In this document: positions 17,636 through 26,615 of the stretch, piece after piece
How the letters are laid out: the number at the start of each line of letters is the position of its first letter
Position numbering within the stretch: position 1 is the stretch's first letter
IMG/VR virus record: IMGVR_UViG_3300048854_000267
Location: 1-48,860 of that record
Reading direction: 5' to 3' (one strand)
Origin: a virus
Lineage: Duplodnaviria; Caudoviricetes
DNA length: 48,860 nt
Position numbers and translations under genes: made by a program
Notes under the pieces: generated by a model
What the model was told of the DNA's origin: nothing
Database searches by the model: none
The model's input: the letters and a program-made list of their open reading frames with translations, nothing else

Positions 17636-17898
17636 TGGCTAGTGAGTATATTGCCGATCCTGTTGGGATTCGGTTGGCTAGAGAAGCAAATGCCAAACAA
17701 GTTGGTGGACAGCACTATCAAGGTGCGATTCAAACTTGGGATTACATCGTAGCCAACGATCTTGGTTATCTTGAAGGCAACGTCATCAAGTACGTGTCTC
17801 GCTACAAGAAGAAGAACGGTATTGAGGATTTGAAGAAAGCAGATCATTACCTACAGAAACTTATGGAGACTGTCGTAAAAACACAAGAAAAGGAATAA
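17635..17898 (+). CDS. DUF3310 / T7 gp1.7-like nucleotide kinase
   Basis: QVGGQHY, GNVIKYVSR...KNGIEDLKKA. Confidence 0.88.
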   Translation: MASEYIADPVGIRLAREANAKQVGGQHYQGAIQTWDYIVANDLGYLEGNVIKYVSRYKKKNGIEDLKKADHYLQKLMETVVKTQEKE

Positions 17899-17924
17899 AT
17901 GGTATGTAACCTTATGGAGAATAC

Positions 17925-18347
17925 ATGCCAAAAGTAATGAATAGAAATAGAAACTGCGCAAATTGCCAGAAAGAGTTCAGCCTTGACGACGAAGGTGCAA
18001 GAAAGAAATATTGCTCTGAAAGATGCATGTCGCAGTTTCACTGGAACAAGCAAGGTAAGAAATATCGTAACTCCGAGAAAGGGAAGGCGTCAATGTTCGC
18101 ATGGCGTCTTAGGAAAGAGTTTGGAATCACGGTAGACGACTACAACAATATGTTAGAAGCACAAAACCATTCTTGTGCAATTTGCAAACGAACGGACCCT
18201 ACTGGATATGGCTGGCATGTGGATCATTGCCATGCCAAAGGGCATGTTAGAGGTTTGTTGTGCAGCTTGTGCAATCAAGGCCTTGGGCTGTTTAAAGAAA
18301 ATTCAGATGTAATGAAAAGGGCAATCGAATACATTGAAACTCGCTGA
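17925..18347 (+). CDS. endonuclease VII-like HNH nuclease
   Basis: FGIT...Y..M...Q...CAIC, VDHCH..G.VRGLLC..CN.GLG. Confidence 0.9.
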   Translation: MPKVMNRNRNCANCQKEFSLDDEGARKKYCSERCMSQFHWNKQGKKYRNSEKGKASMFAWRLRKEFGITVDDYNNMLEAQNHSCAICKRTDPTGYGWHVDHCHAKGHVRGLLCSLCNQGLGLFKENSDVMKRAIEYIETR

Positions 18348-18972
18348 GATTTCTGTAGAACTTATCGGCCACTATGGTAACGATGAAACCGTAGCAAATG
18401 CAGCTCGTGTGTCTTTCGATAAACACGCAAGCAACTATACTGCTGAACAAAACAACAAACTGCTGCACTATTTAGCACGGAATAACCACCACTCCCCCTT
18501 TAATCATGCTTTCCTATCATTTCGAGTCAAGGCACCGATCTTCGTAAATCGTCAGCTTGTAAAACATAAGTTTTTACCTTGGAATGAAGTATCTCGTAGG
18601 TATGTCGATGATGAGCCAGAGTTCTACTTTAGGAAGTTTCATGGTAAAGCCGCGAACGTCAAGCAAGGTTGTGATGAAACAGCCGTTCTCAAACTTCCGT
18701 ATTACAACTATGCCAAGGGTATTGAGGATGCGCTGTCCAATTATAAAGATGCGTTAGAGCTTGGTGCTGCACCTGAAGATGCCCGGATGTTGTTGCCGCT
18801 GAACATGATGTCAGAATTTGTTTGGTCAGGAACCCTTGGTGCATTCCTTGACATGCTTGTTCTTCGTTTAGACAAACACACACAGTTTGACAGCCGTATC
18901 GTAGCCAAGAAGATTAGTGAGAAGGTTGAGGAGTTGTTTCCTATCTCACATAGCGCCTACATAAAAGGATAA
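18334..18972 (+). CDS. thyX: flavin-dependent thymidylate synthase
   Basis: AARVSF, H.SPF.H, APIFV.RQL.KH, NEVSRRY, EDARMLLP, R....TQ; TTG start. Confidence 0.92.
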   Translation: MKLAEISVELIGHYGNDETVANAARVSFDKHASNYTAEQNNKLLHYLARNNHHSPFNHAFLSFRVKAPIFVNRQLVKHKFLPWNEVSRRYVDDEPEFYFRKFHGKAANVKQGCDETAVLKLPYYNYAKGIEDALSNYKDALELGAAPEDARMLLPLNMMSEFVWSGTLGAFLDMLVLRLDKHTQFDSRIVAKKISEKVEELFPISHSAYIKG

Positions 18973-18975
18973 TAA

Positions 18976-19734
18976 ATGACGCGAATCGTTGTAATCCCTG
19001 ACACCCAAGTTCATGAGGGTGTTGACATGGCTTACCTGAATCACATCAGTCAATACATCGTAGAGAAGAAGCCTGATTATGTTGTACACATTGGCGACCA
19101 TTGGGACATGCCTAGTTTGTCCAGTTATGATTTCGGGAAACGTCAGTTTGAAGGCAGGCGCTATCGTAACGATATTGACTACGGTAACGTTGGTATGGAC
19201 ATTCTTACCCAGCCTATCCTAGATGAAGTGGATCGGTTGGAGCGTAATAAGAAGAAACGTTGGCAACCTAAACTTCACTTCCTGTTGGGTAATCATGAAA
19301 ATCGTATCTCGCGTGCTGTTGATAATGATGCAAAGCTTGAGGGTGCTATTGGCCTTGATGATCTTAGGCTTGATGATTGGACTGTGCATGACTTCCTTGA
19401 TCCTCTGTTCCTTGAAGGCGTTGCTTTCAATCACTATTTCACAACTGGACTCGCTGGCCGACCAGCTTCTACTGCTGCTGCGCAACTGAACAAGCAACAC
19501 ATGAGTTGTATTGCAGGACACCAGCAAGGGCTTCAGATTGCCACTGGGAAGCGTGCTGATGGCGCTCTGCTTACTTCTGTTATTGCTGGTAGTGGTTACC
19601 CCCATGATGAAGCTTACTTGGGCGTACAGGGCAACAAACACTGGCGTGGAATCCTAGTGCTGAATGACGTACATGATGGTGAATTTGATTTGATGCCGGT
19701 TAGTCTCTCGTACCTCAATAAGAAATATAACTAA
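18976..19734 (+). CDS. calcineurin-like metallophosphoesterase
   Basis: IPDTQ, GDHWD, GNHE, H, GH.Q motifs. Confidence 0.9.
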   Translation: MTRIVVIPDTQVHEGVDMAYLNHISQYIVEKKPDYVVHIGDHWDMPSLSSYDFGKRQFEGRRYRNDIDYGNVGMDILTQPILDEVDRLERNKKKRWQPKLHFLLGNHENRISRAVDNDAKLEGAIGLDDLRLDDWTVHDFLDPLFLEGVAFNHYFTTGLAGRPASTAAAQLNKQHMSCIAGHQQGLQIATGKRADGALLTSVIAGSGYPHDEAYLGVQGNKHWRGILVLNDVHDGEFDLMPVSLSYLNKKYN

Positions 19735-21569
19735 TGATTGAAATTGACATTAAACGCGATGAAAACTTTAACGAGCAGGGAAAAGACCTACTTTCGAAAT
19801 ATTATTCGGACGGCAGAGAGGGAATCCAAAAAGCTATCGCTAGGGCAGCCAACTGCTTCAGTTATGGTGATGAAGCCCTTGCTCAGCGTATCTATGACGC
19901 TGCCAGTAAGCATTGGTTCTTCTATAGCTCGCCAGTGCTTAGTAATGCTGTGGACGGATATTGGCAGGAAGGTGGCCGAATCCCGTACAACACAAAAGAA
20001 TTCTGGTTAGCCGATAAGGATTACCGAAAAGCCTGCTGGAGAGGTGCAGAACCAAAAGCGATGCCTATTGCGTGCTTCGGTGGGTACGTACCTGACACTA
20101 TTCAAGGACAGATTGATGTTAGTAGCGAACTTGCTTTGCTTTCTGTTATGGGTGGCGGGACCGCCCTGCATAGTGGCATACGTGCTGTTTCCGAGAAAGC
20201 CCCCGGACCCATCCCCTTCTTCAAAACCGTGGATGGCATCATGGGGTATTACCGGCAAGGACGAACTCGTAGGGGCTCTACTGCTTTGTATCTGGACATT
20301 AGCCATCCTGACATTGTCGAGTTTATTAATATTCGGAAGCCCAGTGGCGGCGATCCGGCACGAAAGATTAACAACCGCCCCGGTGTGCACAACGCAGTAA
20401 ACATCACAGACGCTTTCAAGGAAGCTGTTGATAGGAATGAAGGTTGGGATTTGAAATGCCCTAACACTGGCGAAGTGCACCACACGATGCCCGCCCGAGA
20501 GCTTTGGGAACAACTACTAGAAACAAGGGAACTAACTGGTGAGCCTTATTTGTATTTCATTGATGTTGCTAACCGTGCTTTGCCTGCTGCGCAGCGGGCA
20601 CTCGGACTTACGAACAAAGGCAGTAATCTGTGTAGTGAGATTACGCTCGCTACTGATATTTCTCGCACTTTTGTTTGCTGTCTTAGCAGCCTTAATCTAG
20701 AGAAATATGATGAGTGGAAAGACACAACTCTTGTTAGCGATCTTGTCCGCTTCCTTGACAATGTGGTTCAGTGGTTTATTGACAATGCTCCACCCGGCTT
20801 GGGCCGTGCCACTTACAGCGCTCTCCGTGAGCGTGCTCTTGGCATCGGTGCTATGGGCTTTCACAACTACCTAATGTCGAAAGGCATCCCATTTGAATCT
20901 GGAGGTTTTAACAGTGCTGCTCAAATCAATTTCAATCTATTTAAGCGAATCAATGAAGAAGGTTTGCGAGCGTCAAAGGCTCTTGGTGCAGAGCGTGGAG
21001 AGTGCCCCGACATGGAAGGGACTGGCCGCCGTAATAGCCACGTCTTTGCCATTGCTCCTAATAGCAACTCCTCTGTTCTTTGTAATACAAGTCCTTCTAT
21101 TGAGCCTATCGCTTCCAATGCTTATACTCAGAAAACTCGTGCAGGTATTTACCTCGTAAAGAACAAATGGCTTGAACCTGTATTGGAGAAGTATGGAATC
21201 AATACCGAGGAGACTTGGAAGTCTATTGTTCGTAACAACGGAAGCGTCCAACATATCGAAGCACTTCCAGCTGAAGAAAGGAATGTCTTTAAAACTGCAT
21301 GGGAAATCGATCAACACTGGGTTGTTGAGCATGCTGGCAACCGTCAACAATTCATCTGCCAAGCCCAGTCTCTCAATGTATTTTTCCTTCCCGGCTCAGA
21401 TCGAGAATATATTAATTCTGTGCACTTGAAAGCTATGAGGGAAGGGAAGATTAAGAGTATGTACTACTTCCGTACAGGAGCCGCTAGTAAGGCTGATACG
21501 GTTAAAACAATTCAACGTGTTGTGCTGAATCAAGAATCAGCTACAGCATGTCTTAGCTGTGAGGGTTAA
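19734..21569 (+). CDS. nrdA: ribonucleotide reductase class Ia alpha subunit (no ATP cone)
   Basis: SSPVLSN, MPIAC, SNLCSEI, VCCLSS, AIAP, YYFR, C-terminal CLSCEG. Confidence 0.96.
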   Translation: MIEIDIKRDENFNEQGKDLLSKYYSDGREGIQKAIARAANCFSYGDEALAQRIYDAASKHWFFYSSPVLSNAVDGYWQEGGRIPYNTKEFWLADKDYRKACWRGAEPKAMPIACFGGYVPDTIQGQIDVSSELALLSVMGGGTALHSGIRAVSEKAPGPIPFFKTVDGIMGYYRQGRTRRGSTALYLDISHPDIVEFINIRKPSGGDPARKINNRPGVHNAVNITDAFKEAVDRNEGWDLKCPNTGEVHHTMPARELWEQLLETRELTGEPYLYFIDVANRALPAAQRALGLTNKGSNLCSEITLATDISRTFVCCLSSLNLEKYDEWKDTTLVSDLVRFLDNVVQWFIDNAPPGLGRATYSALRERALGIGAMGFHNYLMSKGIPFESGGFNSAAQINFNLFKRINEEGLRASKALGAERGECPDMEGTGRRNSHVFAIAPNSNSSVLCNTSPSIEPIASNAYTQKTRAGIYLVKNKWLEPVLEKYGINTEETWKSIVRNNGSVQHIEALPAEERNVFKTAWEIDQHWVVEHAGNRQQFICQAQSLNVFFLPGSDREYINSVHLKAMREGKIKSMYYFRTGAASKADTVKTIQRVVLNQESATACLSCEG

Positions 21570-21709
21570 TGTACGCATCTAATGGCTTGTATATCGAAAA
21601 AGAGTTTGAGGACGGGTTAGTTTTCTACTATGTAGTAAATAGCTTTAGGGACATTCTTCTCTCCACTACATCTTACAGCACCGCAGAGGACTATATTAAT
21701 GCTGCTTGA
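21569..21709 (+). CDS. small hypothetical protein between nrdA and nrdB (46 aa)
   Basis: Read manually; GAGG RBS, TAATG coupling, overlaps the nrdB start. Confidence 0.6.
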   Translation: MYASNGLYIEKEFEDGLVFYYVVNSFRDILLSTTSYSTAEDYINAA

Positions 21710-22646
21710 AGTATCCAAGAGCTACGTACCGATCTATCCGCAGTTTGTAGAGATTACGATTGAACATGAACAAGCCCATTGGGGCGAGTGGGAAGCAAAG
21801 CTGCAAGACGATGTAGAGTCTTGGAAAACCGGAAAGATTACAGATAAGGAAAAATATTTTGTCAACTCCATCCTACGATTATTCACCCAGTCAGATGTTG
21901 CGGTTGGAAGCGATTATTACGACAATCTTATCCCGGTCTTCAGAAACAACGAGACAAGAAATATGCTCGGTTCTTTCGCAGGACGAGAAGGCGTACATCA
22001 GCGGGCCTATGCTCTCCTCAATGACACTCTCGGATTTGGAGAAGGATTCTATTCAGAGTTTCTTGAATACGGAGAAATGAAGGAAAAGCTTGAGTTCATG
22101 CTTGATGTCAAGAACACTAGTCCGCATGAGATTGCTAAAGGGATTGCAAAGCAAGTGTTGGTGGAAGGTGTTTGTCTGTTCGCTTCTTTTGCTATGCTTC
22201 TTAACTTCCAGCGTCAAGGGAAGCTTATGGGCATGGGGGATGTAAACCAATGGAGTATTCGGGATGAGTCTATCCACGTTAAAGGTTTGGCTGCTCTCTT
22301 TCGTCAATTCGTTAAAGAACAGCCTGACGTTCTCACGGATGCGTTCAAGAAAGAAATCTATGAGACAGCACGAGATTGTGTACGATTGGAAGATGGATTC
22401 ATTGACCTTGCCTTCCGAATGGGAGGAGTTGAAGGTATTTCTCCAGAAAGTACTAAGCAATACATCCGAAGCGTCTGTGACTACCGAATGCAGCAAATTG
22501 GATTCAAGCCTGAATATAACGTTGAAAACCCCTTTGATTGGCTTGACTGGATTACAAGCTCCTCAACTATCGAGAACTTCTTTGAATCAAACTCAGCAGG
22601 ATATTCTAAGAACAGCATGGTTGGATCGTATTCGGGAGGGTACTAA
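21699..22646 (+). CDS. nrdB: ribonucleotide reductase class Ia beta subunit
   Basis: FTQSD, E..H..AY (radical Tyr), EG..LF.SF, RDE..H, NFFE. Confidence 0.96.
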   Translation: MLLEVSKSYVPIYPQFVEITIEHEQAHWGEWEAKLQDDVESWKTGKITDKEKYFVNSILRLFTQSDVAVGSDYYDNLIPVFRNNETRNMLGSFAGREGVHQRAYALLNDTLGFGEGFYSEFLEYGEMKEKLEFMLDVKNTSPHEIAKGIAKQVLVEGVCLFASFAMLLNFQRQGKLMGMGDVNQWSIRDESIHVKGLAALFRQFVKEQPDVLTDAFKKEIYETARDCVRLEDGFIDLAFRMGGVEGISPESTKQYIRSVCDYRMQQIGFKPEYNVENPFDWLDWITSSSTIENFFESNSAGYSKNSMVGSYSGGY

Positions 22647-22903
22647 TGTCGATTGTTAGAATCGAAGGCGGCTGCACAATGATTGACTGGGGAAGCTATC
22701 CCTATCAATTCTATTATGAGTGGGCGGATACAGCGGGGACTCATCGTGAATACTTCAGTGCCACTCAGCATCCAGCGATTGGGGATACGATTGTCAATGG
22801 ACAATTGGTTCCGAAGACTGGATACATCATCAACAACGATCCGGGCTTTCAGAAGAAACATCTTCCTAAGCGCACATGGCCGATTGAAAGTCAAGACGTT
22901 TAA
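22646..22903 (+). CDS. hypothetical protein (85 aa)
   Basis: GGAGG RBS, TAATG coupling; last gene of the + arm. Confidence 0.7.
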   Translation: MSIVRIEGGCTMIDWGSYPYQFYYEWADTAGTHREYFSATQHPAIGDTIVNGQLVPKTGYIINNDPGFQKKHLPKRTWPIESQDV

Positions 22904-22905
22904 TC

Positions 22906-22941
22906 AAAAAAAAAGCCCCCTTGGATTTCTCCTTGGGGGCT
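22906..22941 (-). terminator. terminator at the convergence of the two arms
   Basis: AGCCCCC...GGGGGCT stem; A9 run gives a U-tract on the minus strand; may act in both directions. Confidence 0.85.
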
Positions 22942-22986
22942 AATCACTTGGGGTCGGCTCCGCAACAGAGCCAGCAACATTCTACC

Positions 22987-23268
22987 TCACTTCTTCCTAC
23001 CGTGGTCTTTCAGGTGATGCTTGTTCTTCTTACGATTGGCATTGACAGAGATAGCATGCAGGTTCTTGCTGCTGTTGTCTGCCGTATTCATATTTTTATG
23101 GTCAACATCCTTGCCATCACCCTTGTGCACCTTACCTTCCTTCTCAAGCTTCCTACGTGCTGCATTACGCTGTGCTCTGCGTTCCTTCTGGAGTGGGCTG
23201 GAGTTATAAGCCCGTTGCCGTTTGCTATCCGCTGTAGCATTGGCTTTTAGTTGCCCCTTCTTTGCCAT
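22987..23268 (-). CDS. small basic HNH-like protein (93 aa)
   Basis: GDGKDVDH.......N...NL.......NR pattern; very K/R-rich. Confidence 0.75.
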   Translation of the reverse strand: MAKKGQLKANATADSKRQRAYNSSPLQKERRAQRNAARRKLEKEGKVHKGDGKDVDHKNMNTADNSSKNLHAISVNANRKKNKHHLKDHGRKK

Positions 23269-23435
23269 TACTTTTTCTTATTCCCTTTGTATCGGTTGCC
23301 GTGCCCAGTGGTGTCTTTGCCGTTGTGGGTTTTATTAGCCCAAGCCAAGATGCCCTTAGCCTGCTTCGTACTCATGTGTTCTTTCTTAGCCATGCTCTTA
23401 GCAGCACTAGCTTTGCTCATCTTTGCTTTAGCCAT
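23268..23435 (-). CDS. small very basic protein (55 aa, MAKAKMSKASAAK...)
   Basis: Read manually; TAATG-coupled at both ends. Confidence 0.7.
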   Translation of the reverse strand: MAKAKMSKASAAKSMAKKEHMSTKQAKGILAWANKTHNGKDTTGHGNRYKGNKKK

Positions 23436-24826
23436 TATTTAACTGCCCTATTCTTAGCCACTTGATCCCGATTGCTTGCGCTATTCTCCGCTTCCGGGTA
23501 AATGTAGTTGATGACGTATTGTTTAAGCCAAGGGTACTTCTGTTCCATTGTTGTCAAAGCTGCTGCTGGTTCAGCGTACCGACCTGTAGGTGTGTATCCT
23601 TTTCGTTGCATTTCCTTGATTGTTGTAGCAGTAGCAAGGAACTCATTCAACGCATCCCCATTACGTGCACCTTGTGGGTCCACACTAGGGAAGTCATGTT
23701 GTGCTGCATCGTCCAGCATCTTCTTCCAGTTGTCTCCGAGGCCATCATTGAACGTACCGATGTTTGCCATACGTGCATGTTGAATCTCATGCAAAGTAGT
23801 AGCCAATGCTTCATTTACCTGAGAAGTGGGCAAAGGTTTACTGCTTTTTGTAGGATTGCCATTCTTATCTGTCCAAGTGACGTTAGAGCCTTGAACCTTT
23901 CCCAGTTTGATTGCGTCACCAGAAAGTCCTCCATAACTAGCTGTAGCTCCATCTTCCGCTTCAGAACCCGTCACTTTGGTATTGATTGCATCTACGTGGT
24001 CGGGGAAATCTTTCTGGATAATCCCTACAACCTGTTGCCCCAGTGCATTAGATTGGTCATGGTACTGACCACCATCAGGCTTGCCGTTATATCCAACGGT
24101 AGGTCCGCTAGTAGTCTTATTGGTACTCAGGTAGTCGGAAAAGTCAGCACTAGCATTAGCATTGCTGCTACCCGTTGCTAGTGCCAATCCGTTTCCCAAG
24201 ATTTTTGTGATGTACTTGCGCGTTTCATCTGGAATGTAAAGTTTCCAGCCTCCACCAGTCTGAGTAGCTTTCGCTACAGCACGCTCAATCTTTCCTGGCC
24301 CTGCGTTGTAAGCGGCCACGGCCTGTTCTTGATTCCCATGAAAGTTCTTCACCATTGCGTTCAGATAGTCTTTGCCGAAGCGGACATACTCATCCACTGA
24401 GTTGTTCTGAATCGGTGTCACTCCATAGCCGGGGTCACCCCCAGTCTTTGGCATCACCTGAGTAATTCCCTGTGCACCTTTCGAGCTGGTTAGCAGGTTT
24501 CCGCTATCATCCAAATGCTTCCCGCCACTCTCCGTGTTAATGAGCCTTGCGAATAGCCCTGCGGAGGTCGTAGGAGCGCTAGGAGCGGCTGCTTGCTGTG
24601 GGGCAAGGTCTGGTATTGCCGGAGGTTTGTTGGCTGTCACAGAGGCTAAATCAGGACCATTCATTTCCCAAGGCATCTTCTGATGCATGAGGGAGTCAAT
24701 ACCTTCCTTGACAGGCTGAACAACGTCAGAGAGAACGTTGCCAGCCGCCTTGGTCAATCCTTGCCAACCCATGCTCCAAGGGCCATCGTCAGGAAGTTCT
24801 TGGGTTTGTTGAGTTGCTTCAGCCAT
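23435..24826 (-). CDS. virion lytic transglycosylase (SLT) fused to a C-terminal HExxH domain
   Basis: TESGG, SSKGAQG.TQVMP, AVAAYNAGPG; C-terminal TTLHEIQH; ATG 24826 overlaps the upstream stop. Confidence 0.88.
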   Translation of the reverse strand: MAEATQQTQELPDDGPWSMGWQGLTKAAGNVLSDVVQPVKEGIDSLMHQKMPWEMNGPDLASVTANKPPAIPDLAPQQAAAPSAPTTSAGLFARLINTESGGKHLDDSGNLLTSSKGAQGITQVMPKTGGDPGYGVTPIQNNSVDEYVRFGKDYLNAMVKNFHGNQEQAVAAYNAGPGKIERAVAKATQTGGGWKLYIPDETRKYITKILGNGLALATGSSNANASADFSDYLSTNKTTSGPTVGYNGKPDGGQYHDQSNALGQQVVGIIQKDFPDHVDAINTKVTGSEAEDGATASYGGLSGDAIKLGKVQGSNVTWTDKNGNPTKSSKPLPTSQVNEALATTLHEIQHARMANIGTFNDGLGDNWKKMLDDAAQHDFPSVDPQGARNGDALNEFLATATTIKEMQRKGYTPTGRYAEPAAALTTMEQKYPWLKQYVINYIYPEAENSASNRDQVAKNRAVK

Positions 24827-26615
24827 TTCCGCCCACCTTTGCCCAAGTGGACTTGTCGCGATAATCGCCAGTACCAGACCACTTATAGCCATTAACCACT
24901 TGACCCGGCTTAACTGGATATACTTGCGGCAAGAGATAGTATTTATGGTCATCCCAATATTTCTGATAGTCGGTTGTGCCTTCCATGTGTGCACCGATAC
25001 GCACAGTGGAATTCAAACCTTGTGCAGCCGTCTTCAAGCCGTCGATAGTGGTTGCAGCTTGCTTGCTATCATCAGCAGACAAACCTTTCTTCGGACTGAA
25101 GCTAACCCCTGCTCCAGTGAAGTTGACATCCACTGCATCAGAGATATTGGTTGCACTGTTCGGAAGCGTGCCTTGTAGCTTAGTACCCACTGCATTGACG
25201 ATTGCAGGTTGGTAGAGCATCTGGAAAGTCTTCTTTGCTGACTGTGCAGCAACAGGATCAATCTGGCCGTGTTGCATCATGTACGCGTACTCAGAGCTAC
25301 CGAAGAAGTCAGCAAGACCCTTGAGCTTGTCTGGTGTAGCTCCCTGATTCAAGAGTTGCCCCGTTTGTGAAAGCAGGTTGTTGACAGCGTTAGAACCTTC
25401 AGTGTTGCCTTGCATCGAGTCCGCGAACTTGCCCCCACGAAGTTGATTGATACCAAACTTCAAGCTCTTGAGTGCGTCTGCTTCCACTTCAGGATTACCA
25501 GCCACTTGAGGGACATACGAACCCGGAAGCCCGTTCTGCGTAGGTGTGTTCGTTAGACTAGTCATCGCTTTCACTGTGGCTTGCGCATTCGTAGCCATCA
25601 GAAGGGGATTGTTAGTACCAAGCATCTGAGACGCAGCAACAAGCTTTTGAACCTGAGGGTCTTGGTTCATAATCAAGATTTTCTGACGAGTCACCATGTC
25701 AGTGTACTGACGATTCAAATCCTCACTGCGTTTAGCAGGATCGAGCAGCTTGCCAGCTAGAGCATACTTGCTCTCAAACAGAGAACGATACGGAGCAGCG
25801 AGTTCTGGATTCTGTCCTGCCAAAGCTTGAAGCGTTCCGCTAATCTGTCCGTACTGATTCTGCAAGATCATCTGTGCAGCTTCAGGCGTTTTCCGTCCTG
25901 CCTGCACATCGTTGTACAGGGATTGATAGGTTGCATCGAATGCATCCATATTCTTACCTGCCATGTCTGCAACCATCGTCACTGCTTGTTGTTTCTGCTG
26001 CCGATCTGCTTGAGACTGGTTGAATGTCTGACGATCTTTATCAAGATTGAACTGAGCCGTCTGTGCTTGCAATTGCTTCTGTGCCATCAAGTTACCTTGT
26101 GACGCAGTGATGATTGCACCACGTTGAGCTTCATTCATACTTGGGTCAAGATGGTATCCTTGAGAGATTGCTTCGTTGTTCTCTTGGTCACGAATCTTCT
26201 GTGCTTCATCTTGACGCTGCTTAACAATATTGTCAGTGTCGCCAGTCTGAGTGGTGGCCTTGAATGCGGCATTCAGTCCGCTGATGTCAGAAGCAAGCTG
26301 TGGATATGCAGCGAGCGATTTGTTGTAGACAGCCATCGATCGCACATGAGCTTCCTGAGCGTCCATCTGTCCTGAAGCTACAGCGCTGTTGATTGCTGCT
26401 TGCTGTTGGCCAATATCTCCAAGGATTGAGTTTTTGGCCTTCTGCATCTGAATGTTGTAGTAGTTGTCTACGCCCTTACCAAGCAAATCAACAACACCCG
26501 CCAAGGCTTGTGGAACATTGCTTTGAGGAACGGGAGTACGTTGAGCAACTACCGGATTGTCTCCAGCCCCCGAAGGGGCTTGGAGGTCAGCGGATTGGGC
26601 ACTAAAATCGGCCAT
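24819..26615 (-). CDS. internal virion / ejection protein (598 aa)
   Basis: Q/A-rich helical protein in the podovirus ejection-protein position. Confidence 0.75.
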   Translation of the reverse strand: MADFSAQSADLQAPSGAGDNPVVAQRTPVPQSNVPQALAGVVDLLGKGVDNYYNIQMQKAKNSILGDIGQQQAAINSAVASGQMDAQEAHVRSMAVYNKSLAAYPQLASDISGLNAAFKATTQTGDTDNIVKQRQDEAQKIRDQENNEAISQGYHLDPSMNEAQRGAIITASQGNLMAQKQLQAQTAQFNLDKDRQTFNQSQADRQQKQQAVTMVADMAGKNMDAFDATYQSLYNDVQAGRKTPEAAQMILQNQYGQISGTLQALAGQNPELAAPYRSLFESKYALAGKLLDPAKRSEDLNRQYTDMVTRQKILIMNQDPQVQKLVAASQMLGTNNPLLMATNAQATVKAMTSLTNTPTQNGLPGSYVPQVAGNPEVEADALKSLKFGINQLRGGKFADSMQGNTEGSNAVNNLLSQTGQLLNQGATPDKLKGLADFFGSSEYAYMMQHGQIDPVAAQSAKKTFQMLYQPAIVNAVGTKLQGTLPNSATNISDAVDVNFTGAGVSFSPKKGLSADDSKQAATTIDGLKTAAQGLNSTVRIGAHMEGTTDYQKYWDDHKYYLLPQVYPVKPGQVVNGYKWSGTGDYRDKSTWAKVGGNG

